64,000 nucleotides of DNA from Schizochytrium sp. TIO01 (GCA_004764695.1 SMSO01000032.1:6976483-7040482); one strand, 5' to 3'. Shown: positions 20,101 through 29,502, counted from the stretch's first letter. Numbers and translations are program-made. Notes: generated by a model not told the origin, from the letters alone.

Positions 20101-23100
20101 GTTTCTTTGGTTAGTTTGGAGCCATTACTCAGTAAGATGGACTCAACGCCTTCATCTCTTTTAAGGAAAAATATCGATAATTTGAGTAAAGCATCATTGG
20201 AGCTACGCGTTTCTGTGAGACCAGAGAATCTTCGTCAAAGCGGCTTGTGCAAAGCATACTCTCACCCTTCTGGTGTCTGTATAAAACTTTTTGCAGCAGA
20301 GAAGCACTACTTTAACATTGCAGGTCATAATTTCAAACTCCATACCCTAGATTGCGTTTCCCTGAGAGATTTCATTGTACAATGTTTCAACCAGATTCAA
20401 CTCATGACTGATACAGATGAAGTTAAACGAGATACTCGAACACTCAGGGCCTTTGTTGAGCGATGTGAGCGCATACGCGTTCTTGGCAAAAAGGTTGGGC
20501 GAGCAATGCAGCTTGATGCAACTTTCACTGAAAGTAATTTGAAGTCTTGGGGGGCTGTTTCTATTAGAGATAACGATGTTATCGTGGGTTTTAAAAGGGC
20601 AACTGACCAACAATCTCCAGATATTGACGATGCCCGTGATGTTCTTAACCTCGATCAAATACTGTCCGCCAAAGAAGAAGAACATCGCAATATAATCGAG
20701 AATGCATGCTGGATTCTTCGTGCTGGTCCCCTTTCTTCGCGTTACAACTCAATCAATGATTCTTGGAGAAAGGAACTCGCTAAAGAAGCCCTTGCTTCTG
20801 TGGCAGAGGATTCTAGAAGCAATGCTAAGAAGCGCCTCGAAACACTCTCCCCAAGTGCATCTAGGTTAAACCATACGCCATCAGGCCTTCAAAACATTAT
20901 TCATTATTTCTGCAGTGAAGAAGCCAATAGTCCTCTTTCAAAACGGTCTGGCAGTAACAAGGTGTATGTTGGCGTAATTGATGCATCTCACGTTGGCAAA
21001 ACTCTTAGTTCATTGGTAGCTTGTGCGTTATCCTTGCTCAAGCCTATTAGTATTACTACTACATTTGTCATCGATCACACGTATTCTAACCGTGCTATTT
21101 GCTCCTTAATCACGTGTATCTCTGAGGCTGCGAAAGATGTGCGCTCCGCCTCTTATTGCCTAGGCTCCAGGGCTGGACTTATAATCGTAGGTGCAGACAA
21201 CCTGTCACCAGAACTACTGGAAAATCTTTTTAAAGCCTGTGCAAAGTATTATAAAGCTATTCTCAATGAGTGCGTATCGGCTCCAGTTCCAGCGCTACTC
21301 CTTCTTCTTTCAGCATCTGTAACCACTGACGTTACAGACTTTCCAAAAATTGAAAAAAATCATTATTTGATTCAGGATTTGGATTCTATGGAACCGTATG
21401 CGCCTGAAAATTTAGTGCAGCTGGGTATTGTCTCTGATCTTCATTATAGAGCTTGCCCGTCGAAATTAGGGTCTGCACGCATTGTTGTACGAAAGTCTAT
21501 GACGGTTTCGGAATTTTGTGAAGAAGTGCGATATGCATTGAGCAGGGAGCTTCGGAATTATAACGTAGAGCGTCCACAGCTTATTCTTGATTGCATCGAG
21601 GATCTGGAAGAGATTCTGTGCGTCAGCCTCGGAGGGGCTCTAGTTTCACTTCTACTGACTCGCTGTATCGGGCAAAGTGGTCGTGATGGAGTAACATACA
21701 TCATTCCGAAAGAAATTCTGATTCTTGTTGTACTTGAAGAATCTCAGATCAGCAAATTTCCTCTCCGATGTTGCAGGGTGGAAGACACAGTTGACCGGGG
21801 CTACCTTCATGTAGATCAGAAGGCAGAAGAGATTGCAAAAAGGATTGAAATTCTCTCTGAAAAAGCGCGAGACCAAAAAATAGATGATTCTGATGTTCTG
21901 AGGGCCATGGATTTCGCCGGTCCCATTCGTGAAAAATTATTCCCGTTCGTATATTCTGAAGGAACGTTGAAGGCGATTGCGGCAGCACTGCGTTGCATTC
22001 CTCCAATGCCGCAAAGTCAATCTTGGCGAAAACCTGTCATTTTCTCGGGTGATACAGGAACAGGGAAAACCTTTCTTTGCCTCAAACTTGTCCAGCTCTT
22101 ACGACTCTCGCCGTACTGGAAAATCGATGATGAAACATACGCAGTGGCATCATTTTCAGCCGCGTATGGTCATGCTCAGATTCAGTATTTACAAGATAAA
22201 ATTTACAAGCTTACACGCACTGAAAACAGGGGTGCATGGAGTTCCTTCTGTATTCTTGACGAGGTTACAGCAAGCCCTGCTCAATCTTCTCTTGAAGCTC
22301 TTTTGTCCAAACCTTTTAAGCAGCATGGAGAACGATCTATTGAAGAATATGATCGCCCAGCAACTCTTTTTCTAGCAACGTGCAACCCAGATCCAGAGCG
22401 GGATGACGTGTTCAAATTAGCCAAATCGTTGCAAGCCGTGAGTATTCCACTTGACAAACCTGATCCAAAATCCGGAGTTTCATTTTTGCTTACAAAATTT
22501 CAGAATGTGATGCCCAATGAAGACCCTGAACTGGCCAAACATTTCTTTGAAGCAGCGAAGCAGGCATTTGAGACTCAGGAACACGTCTATGGAGTTCTTT
22601 CGTTCCGTGATATGTCCAAAAGCGCAGAGATCGCTAAACTTCTCTATAATTCCGAATTTATTGATGACCTGTTCACCAAATCTAGTTCAGGTGAGAATGG
22701 CCTTTTTTGGGAAGCCGCAACAAAATGGAAGCTAACACTGTTACTGACGCTCTATGTAGTCATAGGTATGAGAACAGTCCCGCGATCTTCATTCTTTGAT
22801 GCTGTTAAAGCGCACTTTCCCAAGGCGGAAGACTGGTTTCATCTAGCTCAGGAGACTATATGCATTGCGTACGAGCTCGCCGACACAATTTTTCCGACGA
22901 GGGCTTTGAAAGACAATTTGTTAGCTCTAACCGTTGCAATAAGAGCGCGCCAACCAGTACTTTTGCTTGGCAATGACGGAATGTCAAAAAGCCTTTCTAT
23001 AAAATTGATTCAACGTCACATGCGAGGTAAATTTGCTAGCTCTGAGTTTCTGAGGAAGCACCTGCCACGCATTCAAACCTTCGCACTACAGTTCTCACCT

Positions 23101-26100
23101 CGAACTTCCGCGAGTTTAGTTAGGAACTTTGGTCGCGCACTCACAGAGCTGAGCAGTGAAAATAAGACTGTCGAAACAAAAGAAAAAATTGTTGACAACA
23201 TGAGGACTGTTCCATGTGCTGTGATAGAAGAGCTTTCGATGGCCCAGCCTGGCCCATCCGGCCCACTTCGAGCGCTTCATGGATTGCTAGACAACCATCA
23301 GATGCGGGAACGAGAGCCTTTGGACGAGAACTCAGGATCTGGCTCGAATAAATTCGTGTTTCTGTCTACCTCTAATTTTATCCCTGAACGAGGCCAAGAC
23401 ATTCCAATTGGCCGGGCTCTTGCTAATCGAATGCTTGTACTTGTTCACGAAGCGCAGGCCGTTGAGGAACTTACTGCAATGACCATGAAAGCTGCAACCC
23501 AAGACCAGCCTGAAATCGAACGGTTGATAGAAGAACTCAGTAATCAGATTCCTGTGCGAAGCCTTTTGGCATTTGCGCGTGGGTGCAGCTTCCTTCTGAA
23601 AAATCCAACATTGACCTTTGACAAGCCTGTCATGCTAGCACGCGCAGCATATCTGCAGTGTACCACCGAAAAAGGATCAATAGACCTCTGGTCGAAATTT
23701 GGATGTAGTAGTCAGGATACTCTAGATCCTGTGCCACTTATTGATTTGCTTGTGTGTGCTGATTCTCCTTCACGACCACTTCTGTTTTTTTATGACAAGC
23801 TGGGAGACGTGGAAAGTTGGCTCGATTTACTTAGCAATCAGTTTTATCCGCGGCTTAGATACTGTAGGGCTTGGATCTATGACCTTGTCTGGGTCCAACC
23901 CTCACCCTCTCTAATTAGTATCTTGAAAAAATACTCATTCATATTCATAGGAGACCTGGCATGCCTATCAAAAGTTGTGTCAAGGTCAGATCCGATCTTT
24001 CAGGAGATTGAGCAGGCCCTTATCAAATACGAGAAAATGCTCTTGGATCATGATACACCTATTTTACAATCATGGGAGAGACTACAGCCCGAGACTTTGT
24101 CCATGTTGATCGAACCGTTTGTCAACTCGTTGAAGATGCTAAATGCAGATTTGAGGGATAAATTGATTGCTGCTTTTGATCGCAAAAAATTGAAAAGGAT
24201 CAAGGATCTGGCTTCTCTCTCTCTGGCCGAGTTTTTGCAACCGAGGTGGAGAGAGGACATGTACATGCTAACCCCGGAATTCGCTCAAAAACTCTTGCAA
24301 CCTCTCAAAGAAAATAATGAAGATGATCACGGCAGATATGTCTTGGATTGGCTACGTACAACACATAGTTTTTCAGAGATTGCTGAGAATTTGGAAACAT
24401 TCGATATTTCTGCATCGCCCGAAGTTATTTACTCAGGCGTTAAAGACGAGGCCTCTGTGTCATTTGATCAAGAGCCCCTTATGCAGGTGAAGACAGCAAT
24501 GCAAGAGGGGCGCACCGCAGTTCTAATCAACCCAGACTCATACATTGATTGTCTTCATGCTCTGATGAATGATATTCCAGATGCGTCTTTTTCAACATTG
24601 CAAATGAGAAATTCTTTTGAGACAGTTTCCATCGAGCGTGGTGCACGTTTAGTACTTTTCATGGACAGGGAAAAGGCCAAGCATCTTCACTCGTCTGTGG
24701 TGTCTCGAGTTTCAATAGTCAATTCTGGCTACCCTGTTAAATGTTGTGTCTCCTATGATTATACAACAGTGCCTGGAACAGCATATGAGCAGCTTGCTTC
24801 AAGTCTCGTCGCAGCTGAGAAAGACCATGCTGACGATTCTTACGAATGGCCCGATGCTACCAGTCAAGAGCTTTTGCAAGCTGTAGACTTTACATCTGGG
24901 TTTAATCGATTTCATGAACTGAAGCGAATTACGCTTGTGGCTTCTTCGAGAGCTTTGGAATGCTCTGAGTTAGTGCCCGAATCAGTAACTTTTACTGCAT
25001 CCAATTTCGATTCATCTATATCGCTCCTGTGTGCGCTTCGAAGTCACATGGAGAACAGAAATCCAGGAAACATAGTGTTAGACTTGATCAATCTACAGAA
25101 GGACGCAGTTCTAGATATTTTAATTCGCCTGGGGTTTTCAGGGATGCACTTAGGTCTTGACTCTTCTTTTGCACGCTTGAGGGAAGATAGAGATCTTTCG
25201 GAGCTAATCAGAGATTTTCTCTGGGGACATCGGCGACATATTTTTATAATGGTAAATCCCTTCGTATATACCTATTGCACTCCAGGACCTACTCTTATCA
25301 ACGATATACAACTGTTGGAGGTACGAGACTGCAATACAGACTTGACAGAGAGGAATGATTCGTGGCCGAGCCTTTTAGTCATAGCAAATGATTTGAGTCT
25401 TCAGTGCTTGAAAGCACCTGCAAAAGAGCTCATTTGTGAGTTCCTCAGGAACAGCGACATCGAAAACAACCTTGCTGCTGAGACTATTTTTGATTTACTT
25501 TGGGACGAAATCTTTCTCTCAGTTTTCCCCCTTCGTTCAGAAACCTTGCGCGTTGGGACGTGGAAGCATATCTGTCAGAATGCTTTGAAGTCTAAACTTA
25601 GTCTACGTACACTCGTTCTAAGCTATGTTCGTGCATGGCTTTTCCGTAGCTTACATTTTCTTTTGCAGGAAATTGGAAGTAAAAATTCTATTATAAACAG
25701 TAAGGAACTCGAAGGCGAGACGGACTGGAACTCTGACAAAAAAATAGCTTCATCTATACTACAATCACGCTTCTATTCCTTCCTGGGGCATGTCCATCCC
25801 ATCGACGAAAAGCAAATTAATGAGTTCTCCGCGTCATGGCAGTCATCCCAAGTGTCACAGCTACTTTTTGCACAAACCTCTACCCGTTTTCCTTTCACGC
25901 ATAGTTTTTACAACGCTGCGTTAGCTGAAGGCAATTATTTCGAAAGCGACTTTCCAAGCTTACAAGGCACCCTGCATCCTGATTTAGCACTTCGGCTCCT
26001 GGAAAGCTTATTGTTATTTCATGGTCAAACACTAGGTGTTTTCTTGGGTAATATACATATCGATAAGACGGTAGTTGTCAATCTGAAGACCATCAAGGCA

Positions 26101-29100
26101 GTTGTAAAGTTCTTTGGCATTTACTTGAATGATCTGTTATTGTTTGCTTTGGTCAAACAGAAACATGAAAACCAAAACCAAAGCGAAACAATCTTGAACT
26201 TCTGCAAGGACTCATCACTGAATGTTTCGTACCAGGTTCTTTGCGAATTTAAGGTATCTTATGAGGTGTCATTATTTCGGAGAGTTCTGCAAAATATCGA
26301 AGCTCGCAAGGTACCCAATTTAGAAAGCTCAACTGAGGGGTACTGCAAAAGAGTGGAAGCAATTAAAAGTCTGAAGACTCTGTTTGACATGTGGCTTATG
26401 GTTGAGTCGTCAACAAAAAATCAGAAAGTTGATAACCGGGGGGTTAGGCAAAGTTTGAAACTAGCTCACCAGATTATCTCAGGTGAAAGATGCAGATATG
26501 ATGGTGAATTAAATATCGACACAATGGTGATATTCCTTGAAGCGAATCAAGTAAATCTCCAAATAAAAAGTATTGCGGAAGCATTAGCTATGATTCACAG
26601 AAAAAAGGCCACCCCTTATCATTTCGCCCGCTTGATGATGCTCCAGTCTCCCTTGATCAATCTAGGAGCAAGGGAAAGAGCAACATATATTCTTGAGTTA
26701 GTTTCATGTTTAGAGAGCGAATTGTTGAAGTCTTCAGATTTTAGGGAAGCTCTCAGGCTTGTTGCGCACGACGTAGTTAATCACGATAATGCATTATCAC
26801 TCCGGTTGCCCCTGCGTGCTTCAAACTCTGAAATGTTCTGTTTACCTGGATTGAACCAAAAGAACCAAAAGAGCCAAAGCAAACAAAATACCAAAGAAGC
26901 TTCGACATTATTTCGCGTTTCTTTTGGTGTGCCTGCTATCAGAATGATTGTTAAAATCTTCAAAGCTGAGCGAAGGTTGCCAAAAGGTACAACACTTGCG
27001 TTGCTTTTAGATGAAGAGGAGGTAGCTACCGCTCCCTTACGCAATTTCCTAATTAGATCTTTGGTAAAGGAGTTTGGAGAAGAGCATCTTGCATCTAAAG
27101 CTATGCCGCTGCTACAGAACACGTTGAAACCAACGCAACATGGCCACACAGGTTCTGTGCAAGTGGTACCACATAATATGGAGCCATGTTTCAAACCATA
27201 CCTCGCTCCTCCGCCGGATGATATCGATAAGGTTTTTTCCTTGGTTCCTGGTTTTGAAGGTAATGGAAAAAAGGGCCTATGGAGTGCATTGGGGCTTACG
27301 GGTGAGGTTGTCGAGCTCATTCCAAATATGTCAATGTGCGAAGCACCAGCGTTGCTATGGAACGCTTTAATTTGTCCAGGCGGCTGCCTTTGTCAGAATT
27401 TAAAAGAAACATCAGGAGGATTTTCGTTACCTGCGTATTCAGAAACTCTCCAATCGTCTATTTTACCAGGGATCATGCTTAGCAACATTGAACTTATAGA
27501 ACAAATCGCTGGCGTATCTTCTGTAAACAAGTGCAAATGCGGTGAGTATTACGGTATTGGAGATTGTGGAGGGCCTATGGAGATATCCAGATGTCCAAAT
27601 TGCCATCGGAAAATTGGAGGGGAGATGCACGAGTTAGTTGAAGACAGTCATCTCATTATTTTTGATGGTCAGCCGATCCTGGGCATTCCACATGACCTCG
27701 AAATACCACTTGTGCCTCACCATACTGAACGAGATTTACAGCCCGTCGAGTATCGCATCTTGTGGCTGTTGATGCTTTTCCCTTTGATAAACTCACAATA
27801 CTGTGACAATCGTGAAGCTCGCGCAAAGCAAATGGCAACCGCTTGGGGGGCATTCAAAAATACCGTAGGGTTATCAACTGATATAGAAGCAAGCGCCGCA
27901 CTTGTTACATTAATGGTAGGCGCAGCGAAATTTCAAGACAACCCATTGTCACTTGCAGACAAGATTTTTATAAAGCCTGGCAATGAGACCTCTGCTGGGC
28001 GATTTCGTGGAGGTCTAGAACGCGAATTCTCCAAAAGGCTTCGTCAGATTTGCGACAAAGAGAACATTAAAGAAACTCTAGTTACATTTGCCGAGAGCTT
28101 TATGAAGCGTGTCAGTGAAAGCGAGCGACAACACCCTCTTGTGCGTCTTCGAGAAACGATAATTCGGGAGCGCGAAAGGATGGAACCTGAGCAAACGAGA
28201 AGGGAAATATTACCAGATGTTTGTATACTTACTGAACCACATGTAACGTCTGATCTTCGTCAATTTATATGGAAGACTCGTGCGGTATCAGTTACGTATC
28301 CCATGATTGTACTTGCTGGGTTTGCAAATGAATGGGACGGAGAAACTTGTCAGTCCTTATTCCAAATGATGAACCAGAATCTCTGGGCTCAGGAAATCCC
28401 TCGTGTTACTAATTGCCTGGATGTGCTTCTGAAAGGAGCTCGTCTTCTGCAAAAATGCCCTGTGTCAACAAAGTATTCTGCCATGCAAATGGTGGAGAGT
28501 GTCTTGGACGAAAAGTTACGAAAATCATTTGTGCAGGCATGGGAACAGTGCCGTCTTGATCGTCAGTTTGAATGCCAGCAGGTTTCGGATCTTGGCGAGC
28601 TTCAACTCCTACCAGCTGAAGATGTTTTACTAGTGACGGGAAGGGCATCTCGTCTGCACATCATGCTTGGAGGATTGATTGATGCTCATAACAAGATGGT
28701 GCGATGGGTGCGGCACCAATTCCCCCTTGAGAAGACAGAACGCGTTGACGTCTTTGATTTGGAGACTCTAACACCATACTTGATACCGTGGATGCTTTTG
28801 AGATCGAAACTAGAAATAGCGAATCAATTTTCTCCAAACAACCACACTACATTGAACAAGGCCGTTTTAAACCTGCTGAAGGATTTGAAGCTTTGTGAAT
28901 TTGATCTGGAATCATCTTGGCCAATGGCCCCATCATATGTTCAAACTGCTATTGTGCGTGTCCAGGGCATTCCACAAGGAAATCGGAAACTCCCGGATGA
29001 CCTCAAGGAGATAATTGTAAATCTAAAGACCATTGAGCAGAGACGCGAATTACTTGAAGCTGCCCAGCGAGAGGCAGCTAGGGTTGATGCAGGAATTCGC

Positions 29101-29502
29101 CAGGGAAAACATGTAACAGATGAACGGACGTTATCCTATAGCTCTGACGACAAACCAAATAGTCATACCTTTCTCAAAGTGAAGGTGTGGCAGCTGGAGA
29201 ATATTCAAAAATATTTGCTAGAGGAAATTCAAGAGAAACCGCATGATATTCTTGGTCCACAATTCCGAGAAAAGGACAGCAACACATATCCTAAACTGAA
29301 CTCTACGGTGCTTCATGCGATGAGTGTAATGTGCTTAGAAATAGCATCCTTTGCTGGTAGCATGGATACCCCAGTGAAAGATCTCTTTGAACATGCGGAA
29401 TCATTTGGGGAGCAAAGTATAGAAGTCCAGGATGGGATTCGATCTTGCAATCTTGCAAGCAAATATTTGTACTATTTCCTTGAGTCGTACCATTCTTTTT
29501 AA
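17107..29502 (+). CDS. RNF213 (mysterin)-like giant AAA+ ATPase / RZ-finger E3 ubiquitin ligase, ~4,131 aa
   Basis: First ATG is at 17107 (the ORF track starts at an upstream TTG). RNF213-type motifs occur in the expected order. AAA3: PVIFSGDTGTGKT (Walker A 22048-22071), ILDEV, FLATCNP, LSFRDM. AAA4: ALKDNL...PVLLLGNDGMSKSLS (22969-22992), LQFSP, VIEELSMA, PLRALHGLLD, FVFLSTSN, ANR. AAA5: VKTAMQEGRTAVLINPDSYIDCLHALMN. RZ finger CKCGEYYGIGDCGGPMEISRCPNCHRKIGGEMH (27532-27630), followed by ERDLQPVEYRILWLL and the CTD-like motifs FVQAWE and LIDAHN. Confidence 0.92.
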   Translation: MVWVILPGASLPSHDDDELTVDFESDDGLVLTSEKPRYVSPNFVAVELVFPAQNFAKKFAKKAKNTILGFFNGGPSHYDCTFECSWQKDREVRISINKDYIKGDNFLYLFCTAEELGADTFCNGLSQLGFQCFPKLLALQICTRENNYEPIELIELLQSLEPVQNTFQLPPDWTLNCKPRDLANISTRLEKLEWRAQAEQVMNLIPQALLSEYPSTMSQVTEKGMERDVPFYYIKNCFVRAIVVDLVCSSEEQDRFADGCLCENYSAFFKEALDFAGNVVKIGRTLTYKSCEKASVLSMHGLAVLCVLDSSLCIPLENEASYNWKIQSQGDIDLACQILSELASRKLHKESFVRILHQRLVVSNRLEAIFKLDLKQVSSDNESIEEKVIDLKLNCISPEELMSELFQAVSESQLKENEYLLRYQKLVDIVIRDQRMPRDLLFNALFRQYIKPNSDVDISEAESLIQLINIGSVHDQIITCVKVTQWNILWPLPTKAQQNEGFLLLLSLGSQAEIQESPGYIQYACRLCSLYDKDRKIFRRDLATETFDLLRGKVDEIFKLLDLCKVLMKSAESRSIITSDSVAKMFKKAQYRCTFDEISKWCNDWANPASLMSGPSSSAVHFCLYQTFAHGPAKDLTKGARNFGHTLSKLKERSKLIGLLTTWVEKNLKLYLPETAIKIFLKEAQCKSSSSEYFPDCLGKLIFDEASLKAFHQIDGATPSSSSWFLKAAIEEAKLLKENLKKVLEDEPRHEECATLISAIPGKAIQRACRRALDVINGEVSCSMSDLPFARVVNVQEEKRALAALFSDSQDFENLQNAPQQLAKLSALLSTSPLKLLNMPAEMHSILEDLSKDKVPDGEISRKMQSWVRKYPSSNTELLYFGESSIQDLITSGEEILVCESDTFDASEWYKLDYVIKQREGIRALLELRKKEDIDEWRSSLESLRSAAIFQDNVSSKEANFLSEVAQHLDGFLSQKLEHAIQDVICLARLFARPDAPRVSLVSLEPLLSKMDSTPSSLLRKNIDNLSKASLELRVSVRPENLRQSGLCKAYSHPSGVCIKLFAAEKHYFNIAGHNFKLHTLDCVSLRDFIVQCFNQIQLMTDTDEVKRDTRTLRAFVERCERIRVLGKKVGRAMQLDATFTESNLKSWGAVSIRDNDVIVGFKRATDQQSPDIDDARDVLNLDQILSAKEEEHRNIIENACWILRAGPLSSRYNSINDSWRKELAKEALASVAEDSRSNAKKRLETLSPSASRLNHTPSGLQNIIHYFCSEEANSPLSKRSGSNKVYVGVIDASHVGKTLSSLVACALSLLKPISITTTFVIDHTYSNRAICSLITCISEAAKDVRSASYCLGSRAGLIIVGADNLSPELLENLFKACAKYYKAILNECVSAPVPALLLLLSASVTTDVTDFPKIEKNHYLIQDLDSMEPYAPENLVQLGIVSDLHYRACPSKLGSARIVVRKSMTVSEFCEEVRYALSRELRNYNVERPQLILDCIEDLEEILCVSLGGALVSLLLTRCIGQSGRDGVTYIIPKEILILVVLEESQISKFPLRCCRVEDTVDRGYLHVDQKAEEIAKRIEILSEKARDQKIDDSDVLRAMDFAGPIREKLFPFVYSEGTLKAIAAALRCIPPMPQSQSWRKPVIFSGDTGTGKTFLCLKLVQLLRLSPYWKIDDETYAVASFSAAYGHAQIQYLQDKIYKLTRTENRGAWSSFCILDEVTASPAQSSLEALLSKPFKQHGERSIEEYDRPATLFLATCNPDPERDDVFKLAKSLQAVSIPLDKPDPKSGVSFLLTKFQNVMPNEDPELAKHFFEAAKQAFETQEHVYGVLSFRDMSKSAEIAKLLYNSEFIDDLFTKSSSGENGLFWEAATKWKLTLLLTLYVVIGMRTVPRSSFFDAVKAHFPKAEDWFHLAQETICIAYELADTIFPTRALKDNLLALTVAIRARQPVLLLGNDGMSKSLSIKLIQRHMRGKFASSEFLRKHLPRIQTFALQFSPRTSASLVRNFGRALTELSSENKTVETKEKIVDNMRTVPCAVIEELSMAQPGPSGPLRALHGLLDNHQMREREPLDENSGSGSNKFVFLSTSNFIPERGQDIPIGRALANRMLVLVHEAQAVEELTAMTMKAATQDQPEIERLIEELSNQIPVRSLLAFARGCSFLLKNPTLTFDKPVMLARAAYLQCTTEKGSIDLWSKFGCSSQDTLDPVPLIDLLVCADSPSRPLLFFYDKLGDVESWLDLLSNQFYPRLRYCRAWIYDLVWVQPSPSLISILKKYSFIFIGDLACLSKVVSRSDPIFQEIEQALIKYEKMLLDHDTPILQSWERLQPETLSMLIEPFVNSLKMLNADLRDKLIAAFDRKKLKRIKDLASLSLAEFLQPRWREDMYMLTPEFAQKLLQPLKENNEDDHGRYVLDWLRTTHSFSEIAENLETFDISASPEVIYSGVKDEASVSFDQEPLMQVKTAMQEGRTAVLINPDSYIDCLHALMNDIPDASFSTLQMRNSFETVSIERGARLVLFMDREKAKHLHSSVVSRVSIVNSGYPVKCCVSYDYTTVPGTAYEQLASSLVAAEKDHADDSYEWPDATSQELLQAVDFTSGFNRFHELKRITLVASSRALECSELVPESVTFTASNFDSSISLLCALRSHMENRNPGNIVLDLINLQKDAVLDILIRLGFSGMHLGLDSSFARLREDRDLSELIRDFLWGHRRHIFIMVNPFVYTYCTPGPTLINDIQLLEVRDCNTDLTERNDSWPSLLVIANDLSLQCLKAPAKELICEFLRNSDIENNLAAETIFDLLWDEIFLSVFPLRSETLRVGTWKHICQNALKSKLSLRTLVLSYVRAWLFRSLHFLLQEIGSKNSIINSKELEGETDWNSDKKIASSILQSRFYSFLGHVHPIDEKQINEFSASWQSSQVSQLLFAQTSTRFPFTHSFYNAALAEGNYFESDFPSLQGTLHPDLALRLLESLLLFHGQTLGVFLGNIHIDKTVVVNLKTIKAVVKFFGIYLNDLLLFALVKQKHENQNQSETILNFCKDSSLNVSYQVLCEFKVSYEVSLFRRVLQNIEARKVPNLESSTEGYCKRVEAIKSLKTLFDMWLMVESSTKNQKVDNRGVRQSLKLAHQIISGERCRYDGELNIDTMVIFLEANQVNLQIKSIAEALAMIHRKKATPYHFARLMMLQSPLINLGARERATYILELVSCLESELLKSSDFREALRLVAHDVVNHDNALSLRLPLRASNSEMFCLPGLNQKNQKSQSKQNTKEASTLFRVSFGVPAIRMIVKIFKAERRLPKGTTLALLLDEEEVATAPLRNFLIRSLVKEFGEEHLASKAMPLLQNTLKPTQHGHTGSVQVVPHNMEPCFKPYLAPPPDDIDKVFSLVPGFEGNGKKGLWSALGLTGEVVELIPNMSMCEAPALLWNALICPGGCLCQNLKETSGGFSLPAYSETLQSSILPGIMLSNIELIEQIAGVSSVNKCKCGEYYGIGDCGGPMEISRCPNCHRKIGGEMHELVEDSHLIIFDGQPILGIPHDLEIPLVPHHTERDLQPVEYRILWLLMLFPLINSQYCDNREARAKQMATAWGAFKNTVGLSTDIEASAALVTLMVGAAKFQDNPLSLADKIFIKPGNETSAGRFRGGLEREFSKRLRQICDKENIKETLVTFAESFMKRVSESERQHPLVRLRETIIRERERMEPEQTRREILPDVCILTEPHVTSDLRQFIWKTRAVSVTYPMIVLAGFANEWDGETCQSLFQMMNQNLWAQEIPRVTNCLDVLLKGARLLQKCPVSTKYSAMQMVESVLDEKLRKSFVQAWEQCRLDRQFECQQVSDLGELQLLPAEDVLLVTGRASRLHIMLGGLIDAHNKMVRWVRHQFPLEKTERVDVFDLETLTPYLIPWMLLRSKLEIANQFSPNNHTTLNKAVLNLLKDLKLCEFDLESSWPMAPSYVQTAIVRVQGIPQGNRKLPDDLKEIIVNLKTIEQRRELLEAAQREAARVDAGIRQGKHVTDERTLSYSSDDKPNSHTFLKVKVWQLENIQKYLLEEIQEKPHDILGPQFREKDSNTYPKLNSTVLHAMSVMCLEIASFAGSMDTPVKDLFEHAESFGEQSIEVQDGIRSCNLASKYLYYFLESYHSF

